From positions 2,587-66,586 of the forward strand of contig JBEKZL010000014.1 of the NCBI GenBank assembly GCA_049509915.1: DNA of 64,000 nucleotides, read 5' to 3'. The position numbers were made by a program, and so were the translations under genes. Positions 37,606-46,972 of this stretch are shown here, piece by piece (the stretch's first letter is position 1; each line of letters opens with the position of its first letter). The DNA is from Bryobacteraceae bacterium. Its GTDB lineage: Bacteria; Acidobacteriota; Terriglobia; Bryobacterales; Bryobacteraceae. The notes beneath the pieces were generated by a model, which saw nothing but the letters and a program-made list of their open reading frames with translations, was not told where the DNA came from and did not search any database.

Positions 37606-39144
37606 ATGAACCGCTCCGGTCTGAAATTTCTAGCGTCCTTGTTGGTCACGGCGATGGCGGTGTTGCCCTTCGCCGGCCTCGACAATTTGCCTCGAGACCT
37701 GCGCCGGCGCATTGACGCCGAGCGGGCCACGCTGGCTTCCTCGCTGCGCCAGGAACAATCAGCCAAAAGCGAGGTGAATGCCGATCTCGCCGCCGATCCA
37801 GCCCTGTTCAAGACCATCGCCTCGGCCGCGGCTTGGCCGGGGCGGTTCGCCGATTCCGAAAGCAAGTTCTCCGATGCCCAGAGCAAGCTGGCCGAGCTGG
37901 GGCGCCTGGAAAAGGCCAATCGGCGGCAGGACCGCGCCCGCGCCGAATCGCTGCTCGTCGAAGAGCAAGGCCTGCGAGCGTCCGCCGCGGCCGAAGCGCA
38001 AACCACCCAAACCGACGCCGCCCGCTGGGTCGAGCTCAAGCGCCAGTTGCCTGAAGAATTGCGCCGCATGGAGCTGGACTACAACGCCATCCATGCCTTC
38101 GATCTGGCCTCGACAGCCACTGCCGTCCAAAAGGCGGAAACCGATTGGCCGGATAAGAAAGCCGACTTGGACACGCGGCTGCAGGCTCTGCGCAACACCA
38201 TCTCCGCCGCCGAACAGACCTGGCAATCGGACGCCGGCGACCGGCGCGCCGCGGCCGCCCAGGATTGGGCCCACCTGCAGTTCGCTTCGCTGGTCGCCGC
38301 CGCCGATTCCTTAAAGACCGCCGCCGCCGATCTGCCCAAAGCGTCCGCCGACCTGCAGGTTCTCGGCTCCCAGCTTTACGTTTCCTGGGACAAGATCCTG
38401 GTCGACATGGAAACGCGCGGTATTGGACGGGCGCGCTCCTGGGACCAGCAGATTCGCACCGTCAGCACCCGCGTGGCCGATGCCGCCGACAAAACCGGCG
38501 TGGTATCGAGCCACGAAAAGTGGGTCGAGGTTTCGCAGGCTACCTATGCCGCCGATGAGAACGATCTCGGCATGGCCATCGAGCACAAGCCTGCCGGCAA
38601 GTACGATTCCGAGGCCGAGCGCGTGGCCCAGCCCGCCGGGTTCGCGTACGTCGCGCCGCCTGACGTGGGATCTAACCGCTACGGCTATTGGGATCACAGC
38701 GGCGGCCGCGATTTCTGGGTCTTCTACGGACAGTATGCGCTCCTGCGCGACCTGCTGTTCAATCGCGATTACCGCCCCCTCGAGCGCCGCGATTGGGAGG
38801 ATTATCGCTGGTCGCGCGACGCCGGTCACACTTACTACGGCCGCACCGCCCAAGGCACGCCGGTATATGGCAGCCAGGGCGCCGCCACTCGCGATCGTTA
38901 CTCCGGCAGCAGCTACGCCCACTCCGGCGGCTTTCGCGATTCCCAGTACGCCTCGAAGCCGGGTTCCTATCGCAGCTCGCCGTATGCTTCACCGATGGCG
39001 CGCGATCCCAATGCCGATCACAGCCCAAGGCGCTTCGGAAGACCCGGCGCCGAGCCCGAAGCGCCGCACGGATTTCATCCCGCGCCCCGGCCCACGCCCA
39101 GGTTCCGTCCCCCCGCCGGCGGTCGGCGTTTCGGCAGGCATTGA
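37606..39144 (+). CDS. exported coiled-coil protein with Tyr/Arg/Ser-rich C-terminal tail, unknown function
   Basis: 512 aa. The signal/anchor is MNRSGLKFLASLLVTAMAVLPFAG. There is a long Ala/Gln/Glu-rich helical region, a conserved-looking block NRYGYWDHSGGRDFWVFYGQYALLRDLLF and a low-complexity tail. Confidence 0.65.
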   Translation: MNRSGLKFLASLLVTAMAVLPFAGLDNLPRDLRRRIDAERATLASSLRQEQSAKSEVNADLAADPALFKTIASAAAWPGRFADSESKFSDAQSKLAELGRLEKANRRQDRARAESLLVEEQGLRASAAAEAQTTQTDAARWVELKRQLPEELRRMELDYNAIHAFDLASTATAVQKAETDWPDKKADLDTRLQALRNTISAAEQTWQSDAGDRRAAAAQDWAHLQFASLVAAADSLKTAAADLPKASADLQVLGSQLYVSWDKILVDMETRGIGRARSWDQQIRTVSTRVADAADKTGVVSSHEKWVEVSQATYAADENDLGMAIEHKPAGKYDSEAERVAQPAGFAYVAPPDVGSNRYGYWDHSGGRDFWVFYGQYALLRDLLFNRDYRPLERRDWEDYRWSRDAGHTYYGRTAQGTPVYGSQGAATRDRYSGSSYAHSGGFRDSQYASKPGSYRSSPYASPMARDPNADHSPRRFGRPGAEPEAPHGFHPAPRPTPRFRPPAGGRRFGRH

Positions 39145-39185
39145 CGACATCCACATAGGCTATACTCGTTCCCGGAGAATTTCGA

Positions 39186-40266
39186 ATGCGGTCATGTTGG
39201 TTTGTCGTTGCCGTGGCACTGGCAAGTTTTGCATCCAGTGGATTGGCTCAAGAAGCCGGCCCATACAAGGTGCTCAAGGCGGCGAGGGTCGGCGGAGAAG
39301 GCGGTTGGGATTATATCTATGCCGATGCCGCTGGACGCCGACTGTACATTCCTCGTCGTGGCACGCCCGCGTCGGCGGATGTTCCAACGCGGTTGATGAT
39401 ATTCGATCTCGACACGCTTGAACCAGCCGGCGAGATTGCCGGCGTCGGAGGCAACGTACCGCTGTCGACCCGAAGTCCGGCCATGGTTTCACCAGCAGCA
39501 ACCCGATATCCATGTTTGATACGAAGACAATGAAGCTCATCAAGACCATCGAGGTAGCCCCGTCAATACGACCGGACGGCATCTACTTCGATGCCTTCAA
39601 CGAGAGGGTCTACGTCTTCAGTCATCCCACAAAAGATGCGACCGTGATCGATGCGAAAAGCGGCGCTGAGCTCGGCACTGTCGATCTGGGCGGCACACCG
39701 GAACAAGGCGTGGGCGACGGCAAAGGATGCTCTACGTCGTCATGCAGGATATGCCGGGCAGTGTCACGGCGGTGGACGTAAAGGCGATGAAGGCGGTTGC
39801 ACACTATTCTTTCGTGGACCAAGGCCGGTGTAACGGGCTGGCGTTGGACGCGGAGAATCAAGTACTATTCGCGACCTGTGGGAACTCGGGAAATCCGCCT
39901 GCCCAGCCGGCACAGCCCGTGATAGTGATTCTCAGCGCCAAAGATGGCAAAATCATCACGAGTCTCCCGCTCACCGGCGGGCCGGACGGCGCGGTGTTCA
40001 ATCCATCTACGATGGAGGCTTTCAGCACAAACGGAAACGGCACGTTGACCGTCGTCAAGGAGAAAAGCCCGAGAACTTTCGAGGTCGAGCAGAGTCTCGA
40101 GACGATGAATGGCGCGCGGACAATCGCGTTCGACAGCAAGGCGAACCATATTTACACGATGAGTCAAGAGCGGGGGCCGGCACCACCGACACCGCCGGGC
40201 GGTGGGCGAGGACGCCCGGGCACTCCGGTACCCGGATCGTTTACGATTCTGATGATCGGCAAGTAG
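39186..40266 (+). pseudogene. YncE/YVTN-type beta-propeller protein interrupted by two 1-nt deletions
   Basis: There are three collinear frames. GVGGN|(x)TAVDPKSGHGFTSSNPISMFDTKTMKLIKTIEV joins at ~39456..39457. GVGDGKG|MLYVVMQDMPGSV joins at ~39725..39726. A signal peptide is present at the 5' end. Confidence 0.7.
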
Positions 40267-40630
40267 GACCCACATACATCCGGGGCCGTGACTTTCGCAA
40301 TCTCCAGTGACGCCCACTTTCTCCGAGTAAATCTTTCTACTACGTATCGAAGGTCACAGAAATGAAACACCGTCATTGTCTGTGATGGCAATAACTACTC
40401 ATAGCTCTTCGCCAAGCTCCGGTGGATAGCTGGCGCGTATCAGCGCGCGGGCGGAGGGGGATGGGTTTTGTATCCTTCGGCCGAGAGCGCACCTCCGCCG
40501 GCGGGTCCAACGCTCGTGCATCTCTCGCAACGCCGTGATTCCCGTGCATAGCGGGTCATCGCTGCACGATCGTGTATCATGAATTGCAGTCCGATGTTAT
40601 ATCCGGTGCCAATTAGATTGGAGGATTGTA

Positions 40631-41506
40631 TTGCCGACAGCTAGCAGTAGGCTATCGCAGGTGTTTGAGAAACGGGAACAGGAAATCACGAACCGGTGGA
40701 TCGAGCAGCAACAGGCGGCCAGCCGCCAGCTTACGGCCGCCGAACGCGATCAAATCAACCGGCAGTCCCGCGAGTTTGTGGGGGCGCTAAAGAGCGCTTT
40801 GCAGCGTAACAGCAGCGATATCTCGGCGCCCGATTGGACCGGCGTCCGGGAGTTTCTAGTGGACTTGTCGAGCCGCAGGGCCAAGGACGGCTACACGCCC
40901 AGGGAAACGGCAATGTTCGTTTTTTCACTGAAGCAACCGCTTTTTTCGGCTCTCAGGAGCGAGTTGGGTGCGGACCCGGCGCTGAGCGAGGAGATCTCGT
41001 TCGCCACAGTATTGATCGATGAACTCGGGCTTTTGACAACCGAGGCATTCCAGAAGTCGCGTGAGGAAGTGATCATACGGCAGCAGAAAGAGCTCCTGGA
41101 ACTCTCCACGCCCGTGGTCCGGCTGTGGGACAACATTCTGGCGTTGCCGCTGATTGGAACGCTCGATAGCGCTCGGACCCAAGTGGTGATGCAGAATCTA
41201 CTGGAGGCCATTGTTCAGACGCGCTCGGATTACGCCATCATTGATATTACTGGGGTCCCCGTGGTAGATACGCTGGTAGCGCAACATCTGCTAAAGACAG
41301 TGGCGGCGGCGCGCTTGATGGGCGCCGATTGTTTGATTAGCGGCATTCGCCCCCAGATCGCACAAACCATAATTCACCTGGGAGTCGATCTGTCGGAAGT
41401 CATTACAAAGGCCACCTTAGCCGACGCATTCGATTTGGCATTGCGGCGAAGCGGGCATGCCGTAGTTCGTCGCGAAGCGATTCCCGCGCCTGCCGCTGCG
41501 AGGTGA
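40631..41506 (+). CDS. rsbR: RsbR-type stressosome protein (N-terminal helical sensor domain + STAS)
   Basis: A GGAGG RBS lies 7 nt before the TTG start. Contains ELSTPVVRLWDNILALPLIGTLDSART and DYAIIDITGVPVVDTLVAQHLL. Confidence 0.85.
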   Translation: MPTASSRLSQVFEKREQEITNRWIEQQQAASRQLTAAERDQINRQSREFVGALKSALQRNSSDISAPDWTGVREFLVDLSSRRAKDGYTPRETAMFVFSLKQPLFSALRSELGADPALSEEISFATVLIDELGLLTTEAFQKSREEVIIRQQKELLELSTPVVRLWDNILALPLIGTLDSARTQVVMQNLLEAIVQTRSDYAIIDITGVPVVDTLVAQHLLKTVAAARLMGADCLISGIRPQIAQTIIHLGVDLSEVITKATLADAFDLALRRSGHAVVRREAIPAPAAAR

Positions 41507-41898
41507 CCGTGGAGCGAATACCGATCCTCAAAATGGGCAAGTTCTTGCTCGTCACGATCCAGGTGGATATGCACGACCGGCTCGCCCTCGCGCTGCAGGA
41601 CGACTTGACGTCGCAGATCGTCAAGTTCCATGCCCACGGTGTGTTGATCGACATTTCGGCGCTTGAAATCGTCGATTCTTTCATCGGACGGATGCTGGCC
41701 AGCATCGCATCGATGGCGCGTCTCCTGGATGCGGAGACAGTGGTGGTTGGAATGCAGCCCGCGGTGGCGATCACGTTGGTAGAGTTGGGGCTGCCGATGA
41801 GAGGAATCCGCACGGCACTGGACGTCGAGAAGGGCATGGCGGCATTGCAGACCGCGATTATTGAAGCAGGACAAGACAATGCGAGTAGTATCCGCTGA
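41503..41898 (+). CDS. rsbS: RsbS-type STAS-domain stressosome scaffold protein
   Basis: Contains IPILKMGKFLLVTIQVDMHD and GVLIDISALEIVDSFIGRML, with the phosphorylatable Ser context conserved. The GTGA start overlaps the rsbR stop. Confidence 0.85.
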   Translation: MTVERIPILKMGKFLLVTIQVDMHDRLALALQDDLTSQIVKFHAHGVLIDISALEIVDSFIGRMLASIASMARLLDAETVVVGMQPAVAITLVELGLPMRGIRTALDVEKGMAALQTAIIEAGQDNASSIR

Positions 41899-42283
41899 GT
41901 CGATGGAAATTCGCAGATCGGATGATATCGCCCTGGTGCGCCAAGCCGTACGTAAGAAATCGATCGCATTGGGTTTTGGCCTGGTGGACCAGACCAAAGT
42001 GGTGACCGCGTCCAGCGAATTAGCGCGCAACACTCTCGATTATGGGGGCGGGGGCGCTGCCAACATCGAAATCGTGGAAAATGACACTCGGACCGGGCTG
42101 AAAATCACATTCGTCGATCAAGGACCTGGCATTCCCGACCTCGACCTCGCATTGAGCGACGGCTACACCACCGGGAATGGCATGGGCCTGGGACTGGGTG
42201 GAGCAAAGCGGCTTTCGCATGGGTTCGAGCTATGGTCGAAACCTGGGGAAGGAACCCGAGTCTCGATTCTTAGGTGGAAGTAA
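41879..42283 (+). CDS. rsbT: RsbT-type serine kinase (GHKL ATPase)
   Basis: Contains SSELARNTLDYGGGG, DQGPGIPD and GNGMGLGLGGAKRL, and is ~134 aa. The TTG at 41861 is an alternative start. Confidence 0.85.
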   Translation: MRVVSAESMEIRRSDDIALVRQAVRKKSIALGFGLVDQTKVVTASSELARNTLDYGGGGAANIEIVENDTRTGLKITFVDQGPGIPDLDLALSDGYTTGNGMGLGLGGAKRLSHGFELWSKPGEGTRVSILRWK

Positions 42284-43294
42284 GTGTCAACGGCGGTTCG
42301 GATCGTTGTAGAAGAGGATAGCATGACGGCGCAGGCGCGCCGGACTGCCCGGGAGATGGCTCTCGCCATGGGTATGGATCCGGACGGCGCCGAGCATGTT
42401 GCGATCGTTGTGACGGAGGCTTGCACCAATCTTCTCAAGCATGCCACTTGCGGAGAAATTCTGTTGCAAGTCGCGACGGAAGTCTCCGATAACATGCCGG
42501 CGCTGGAATTGTTGGCCGTGGATCAAGGTCCGGGGATGAAAAATCTCGATCAGTGTCTTCGAGATGGTTTCAGCACGGGTGGCAGTCCGGGGCATGGGCT
42601 CGGCGCGATCCAGCGGATGTCAAAGCAGTCGGATATTTACACCCTTGCGGAGCGAGGCACGGTGGTCCTGGCCCGCTGGGGGCCCTGGAAAAATGGCTGG
42701 AAGCCAGGCAGCGGCTTCCGCATCGGCGCGCTCAACGTTTCCAAGCCCGGGCAAGACGTGTGTGGTGACGCCTGGGGCGCCGCTCGCCACGACGGGTCGT
42801 TTACGATCGTCCTCGCCGATGGACTTGGACACGGCATGGAAGCCAAACTCGCGTCCACCGAAGCGGTCCGGCAGTTATATCAGAATCCCGAACTGCCGCC
42901 AAAACCACTGCTGGCGCGGATTCACCAGGCTCTCCGGAGTACCCGTGGCGCCGCAGTCGCGGTTGCCCGAATCGACGCCGCGGCAGGTAAGCTGGTTTAC
43001 GCCGGCGCCGGCAATATTGCCGCGCGTATTTACTCGGGCGCTGAAGCGCGGCAAAATCTGGTATCGCTGAACGGGACGGCCGGTCATCAGTGTGATCGCA
43101 TTCAGGAGTTCTATTACCCCTGGCCTGCGGATGGACTCCTGGTGCTTCATTCCGACGGACTTTCGACCGGTACCGGGCTGGAATCCTATCCCGGCGTGGC
43201 CGCCCGCGATCCTGCACTCATCGCAGGGGTTCTGTATCGGGACTTTTGCCGGGGTACGGATGACGCTACAGTGATAGTAACGAAGGGGGCATGA
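42284..43294 (+). CDS. fusion of an RsbT/RsbW-like GHKL kinase domain to a PP2C (SpoIIE-type) phosphatase
   Basis: The N-terminal part contains VTEACTNLLKHATCG, DQGPGM and GHGLGAIQRM. The C-terminal part contains CGDAWG, LADGLGHG and LHSDGL. The GTG start directly follows the rsbT stop. Confidence 0.8.
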   Translation: MSTAVRIVVEEDSMTAQARRTAREMALAMGMDPDGAEHVAIVVTEACTNLLKHATCGEILLQVATEVSDNMPALELLAVDQGPGMKNLDQCLRDGFSTGGSPGHGLGAIQRMSKQSDIYTLAERGTVVLARWGPWKNGWKPGSGFRIGALNVSKPGQDVCGDAWGAARHDGSFTIVLADGLGHGMEAKLASTEAVRQLYQNPELPPKPLLARIHQALRSTRGAAVAVARIDAAAGKLVYAGAGNIAARIYSGAEARQNLVSLNGTAGHQCDRIQEFYYPWPADGLLVLHSDGLSTGTGLESYPGVAARDPALIAGVLYRDFCRGTDDATVIVTKGA

Positions 43295-45451
43295 ATGAGC
43301 GGGACGATTCTTACCCTTGCGATCGCGTGCGAGCGCGACACCGTAGCCGCCCGGCAAAGAGCCCGCCAGATTGCGAAGCTGCTGGGTTTTGAACCGCAGG
43401 ACCAGACGCGCATTTCCACGGCCGTCTCCGAGATCGCCCGCAACGCATTCAACTACGCCGGCGGCGGCCGTGTCGAGTATTCGATCGAAGGCCGCACATC
43501 ACCTCAACTGTTCATCATCAAGATTAGAGACTCTGGATCGGGCGTGCGCGACCTGGAGAGTATTCTCGAAGGCCGCTACACCTCGTCGACGGGCATGGGA
43601 ATGGGGATTCTGGGAGCGCGCCGGCTGATGGATAAATTCGATATTGAGTCGGAACCCGGAAAGGGCACCACGATTTGGCTGAAGAAGCTGCTCCCGGCGC
43701 GGTCCCGGCTTTGGAAACCAAGCGACCTGCCCGGCTTGGCAGCCGCCCTGGCCGAGGTCCCGCAGGATGCGTTTCAGGAGCTGCAGCATCAGAATCAAGA
43801 ATTGCTCCATGCGCTCGAAGAGATCCGCACCCGCCAGCTCGAGCTCACACGGCTCAACCGGGAATTGGAAGACACGAATCGCGGCGTAGTGGCGCTGTAT
43901 GCGGAACTGGACGAGAAGGCGGACCACTTGCGACGCGCCGATGAGCTCAAGTCGCGGTTCTTGTCCAACATGAGCCACGAGTTCCGCTCGCCTTTGAACT
44001 CCATTCTGGCTCTGAGCGGGCTTCTGCTGGACGGCACAGATGGCGATCTGAACAAGGAACAGGAACAGCAAGCCGTGTACATCCGCAGAGCCGCCCGTGA
44101 TCTGCTCGACCTGGTGAACGATCTCTTGGATCTGGCGAAGGTGGAGGCCGGGAAGGTGGAGGCGAAGCCGGCGGATTTCCGCCCCGTGGATCTATTCGCC
44201 GCCTTGCGCGGAATGCTGCGTCCCGTCTTACTGAATCAGGCTGTAGAACTCGTTTTCGAGGATGTGAGCGGCATTCCCGAGATGTTTTCCGATGAAGGAA
44301 AGATTTCGCAGATCCTTCGGAATTTTATCTCCAATGCGCTCAAGTTCACCGAGCGCGGGGAGGTTCGCGTTTCCGCAAAGCGAATCGGCAATGACGCGGT
44401 TTTTTCAGTGGCCGACACCGGAATCGGGATCGCACCCGATGACCTGGGGCGGATTTTTCAGGAATTCGCGCAGGTGGACCATCCGATTCAAAGGCGAGTC
44501 AAGGGTACGGGCCTGGGACTGCCGCTATCAAAGAAGCTGGCGGGCCTGCTGGGCGGTGAGGTGCAGGTGCAAAGTCAATTGGGAATCGGGTCTACGTTTA
44601 CTGCTCGAATCCCTTTGCGGTACGAGGAGAGGGTGGAATTGAACCAGGCGTCGGAATCGGCCATCGCGGCGGTGGCTGCGAATCCCGCGCGCATTCCCAT
44701 ATTGGTGGTCGACGACAAGGACGAAATGCAGATGATGTACCGGAGTTATCTGAAGAACTCTGGTTACGATATGATTTTCGCCAGGACGATTCGGCAGGCA
44801 CAGGAAGTGCTGGAGAGAATCCGGCCGCGCGCCATTATTCTGGACATCGTCTTGCGATCCGAGGATTCTTGGCGATTTCTGGCGGACCTCAAGCGGGACG
44901 CGAACACTCAGGATATCCCTGTGATCGTCGCGAGCACCGTGGAAGATCAGGCAAAAGCATTCCATCTGGGTGCGGACCAGTATCTCTTGAAGCCGGTGGA
45001 ACGAGTCCCGTTGCTCGAACACCTGCAAGCGCTGACCGGCACAAGTCTTCTCCCTCGGATTCTCATCATCGATGATGAGAAACGGGATCGATATGTGCTG
45101 AAACAGCAGTTGGGCGAATCCGGTTTGATCGTCCAGGAGGCATCCAACGGAAGCGACGGAATTCGTGCGGCCAAGTACAGGCCGAACGTGATCATTCTGG
45201 ATCTGACGATGCCCGGGATGAATGGATTCGAGGTTCTGGATGCCTTGAAAACAAACGTCGCCACGAAAGACATCCCGGTGGTTATCTGGACCTCCCGTGT
45301 TCTTACCGAGCGGGAACAATCGCAACTAGAGACAAGAACGGTCGCGACTCTGAGCAAGGACGGAGAGGGCCTCCGACGGATCGCCGACATCGTTCGGCAG
45401 GTTTTGAATTCATCAGGAGTTTACCCTTCGGTAATGTCCCGAAGTGCCTGA
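43295..45451 (+). CDS. hybrid histidine kinase: RsbT-like GHKL domain, coiled coil, HisKA-HATPase_c, two receiver domains
   Basis: The N-terminal part contains VSEIARNAFNYAGGG and GMGMGILGARRL. The H-box is FLSNMSHEFRSPLN, followed by N/G boxes. The receivers contain ILVVDD..ILDIVL..LLKP and ILIIDD..ILDLTMPGMNG. Confidence 0.85.
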   Translation: MSGTILTLAIACERDTVAARQRARQIAKLLGFEPQDQTRISTAVSEIARNAFNYAGGGRVEYSIEGRTSPQLFIIKIRDSGSGVRDLESILEGRYTSSTGMGMGILGARRLMDKFDIESEPGKGTTIWLKKLLPARSRLWKPSDLPGLAAALAEVPQDAFQELQHQNQELLHALEEIRTRQLELTRLNRELEDTNRGVVALYAELDEKADHLRRADELKSRFLSNMSHEFRSPLNSILALSGLLLDGTDGDLNKEQEQQAVYIRRAARDLLDLVNDLLDLAKVEAGKVEAKPADFRPVDLFAALRGMLRPVLLNQAVELVFEDVSGIPEMFSDEGKISQILRNFISNALKFTERGEVRVSAKRIGNDAVFSVADTGIGIAPDDLGRIFQEFAQVDHPIQRRVKGTGLGLPLSKKLAGLLGGEVQVQSQLGIGSTFTARIPLRYEERVELNQASESAIAAVAANPARIPILVVDDKDEMQMMYRSYLKNSGYDMIFARTIRQAQEVLERIRPRAIILDIVLRSEDSWRFLADLKRDANTQDIPVIVASTVEDQAKAFHLGADQYLLKPVERVPLLEHLQALTGTSLLPRILIIDDEKRDRYVLKQQLGESGLIVQEASNGSDGIRAAKYRPNVIILDLTMPGMNGFEVLDALKTNVATKDIPVVIWTSRVLTEREQSQLETRTVATLSKDGEGLRRIADIVRQVLNSSGVYPSVMSRSA

Positions 45452-45477
45452 TAAAGTGTCCTGGTCAGGAGATCTCC

Positions 45478-46575
45478 ATGCCAGCATCATCCATACTTAA
45501 CGTTGACGACTACGCACCTGGGCTGTATGCGCGCACCAAGATTCTGCGACAAGCCGGTTTTGATGTGATTGAGGCAACCAGCGGCGAGCAGGCGCTTGAC
45601 CTGGCGGCGGAGCACAAACCCGCGTTGGTGCTCTTGGACGTGAATCTTCCAGACATGCATGGATTCGAAGTTTGCCGGCGAATCCGGGCGTCTCCCGCTC
45701 TTGCGGCCACTTCAATTTTGCATATCTCGGCGTCCAGCGTTCACGGGCAGCAGCAGGTGCATGGATTGGAGAGTGGCGCGGACGGATATATGGTTGAACC
45801 TGTGGAGCCGGCGGTTCTAGTCGCAACGATCAAGGCCTACTTGCGTGTGCGCGAGGTCGAGAGCGCATTGCGCCGCTCGAACGAAGAGTTAGAGCGCTTC
45901 GCCTATCGAGTGACACACGACCTGAAACAGCCGCTGCGCACGATTTCCTTGTATCAACAACGCCTCGGGAATCACCTTGCGGGAAAACTGGATCCAAGAG
46001 CGGTCGAGTTGATGCAATATATCCAGGACGGCGTGCTGAGAATGGGCGCCTTCATCGATGGTCTACTGAAATACTCGCAATCCAACCACGCGGGTAGCGA
46101 AGTTAGATTGCTGAATATTGAGACCCTGCTCGCCGGTGCTATCGGGTCGCTCGAGGGGGCAATTCAGGAAAGCGGCGCGAAGATAACCCACGACGCGCTG
46201 CCCAGGCTCGTGACCGACCCGCGAATCGAAGACGTGCTGCAAAACCTGATCGGCAACGCGATTAAGTATCGCCGCCAGGATGTGGCGCCGGAAGTCCATG
46301 TGTCTGCTAAACAGGAGGATGGTAACTGGGTGTTCTCTGTTCGCGACAACGGCGTGGGCATCCACCCGGATTACCAGCGCGACATATTTGAAGTCTTCCA
46401 TCGTCTGCATGGCCAGGATATTCCCGGCGCTGGAATCGGTTTAGCATTGGCTCAAAGGATCGTCGAGACCAATGGAGGAAAGTTATGGGTGGAATCGAAA
46501 GTGGGCTCAGGATCTACTTTCTACTTTACGATTCTACAATCCAAACCGGCTGCGCCGAACACCTCGCCAAGCTAA
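45478..46575 (+). CDS. receiver-domain-fused histidine kinase (REC-HisKA-HATPase_c)
   Basis: Contains ILNVDD...LLDVNLPDMHG...MVEP, the H-box FAYRVTHDLKQPLR, NLIGNAIKY and GAGIGLALAQRIV. An AGGAG RBS precedes the start. Confidence 0.85.
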   Translation: MPASSILNVDDYAPGLYARTKILRQAGFDVIEATSGEQALDLAAEHKPALVLLDVNLPDMHGFEVCRRIRASPALAATSILHISASSVHGQQQVHGLESGADGYMVEPVEPAVLVATIKAYLRVREVESALRRSNEELERFAYRVTHDLKQPLRTISLYQQRLGNHLAGKLDPRAVELMQYIQDGVLRMGAFIDGLLKYSQSNHAGSEVRLLNIETLLAGAIGSLEGAIQESGAKITHDALPRLVTDPRIEDVLQNLIGNAIKYRRQDVAPEVHVSAKQEDGNWVFSVRDNGVGIHPDYQRDIFEVFHRLHGQDIPGAGIGLALAQRIVETNGGKLWVESKVGSGSTFYFTILQSKPAAPNTSPS

Positions 46576-46647
46576 GCCGCGCTCGATCCAGGATCTTCCG
46601 CCGGTCGGGTGCGCCCTTTGCCAGCGATTCGATGAAGTGAGCGGCCT

Positions 46648-46930
46648 GCTGCCCATCTAATTTCGCATCGTAGAGCCCGTTCAACAGGTGCATGCCGCCT
46701 GGGCCGGACGTTGCGAGGCAGCAACCTAACCGCCCGGCGTGTTTTGCATAGGCGCACGCCATAGATGCCGCAGCCTCTTCGTGGCGCACCTGGATGAACC
46801 TGACGGCCTGCCGCTGCTTTCGCATCGCCTCCACAATTCCGTTGATGCCGTCGCCGGGCAGTCCAAATACCACTTCAACTCCCCAGGCGCGAAGGGTATC
46901 AACCAGAACGTCGGACGCAGTTCGTTTCAT
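46648..46930 (-). pseudogene. N-terminal ~94-codon relic of a thiamine-diphosphate enzyme (PoxB/acetolactate-synthase type)
   Basis: Reads VLVDTLRAWGVEVVFGLPGDGINGIVEA...IQVRHEEAAASMACAYAK..GRLGCCLATSGPGGMHLLNGLYDAKLDGQ. Family sense then ends, and the ORF runs on into the 3' end of the kinase gene. Confidence 0.55.
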
Positions 46931-46972
46931 ATGAGCCTATGCGTTGCAATCGGAGGTCCAAGGGAATGCCGC

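Noticed and set aside
40267-40630. 364-bp lower-GC leader upstream of rsbR with small inverted repeats (TCACAGA-N18-TCTGTGA, GGCGGAGG-N34-CCTCCGCC); considered as a riboswitch or sRNA
   Set aside because: It bears no resemblance to any riboswitch class I know, and the stems are short. It is mentioned only as a boundary feature of the stressosome block.
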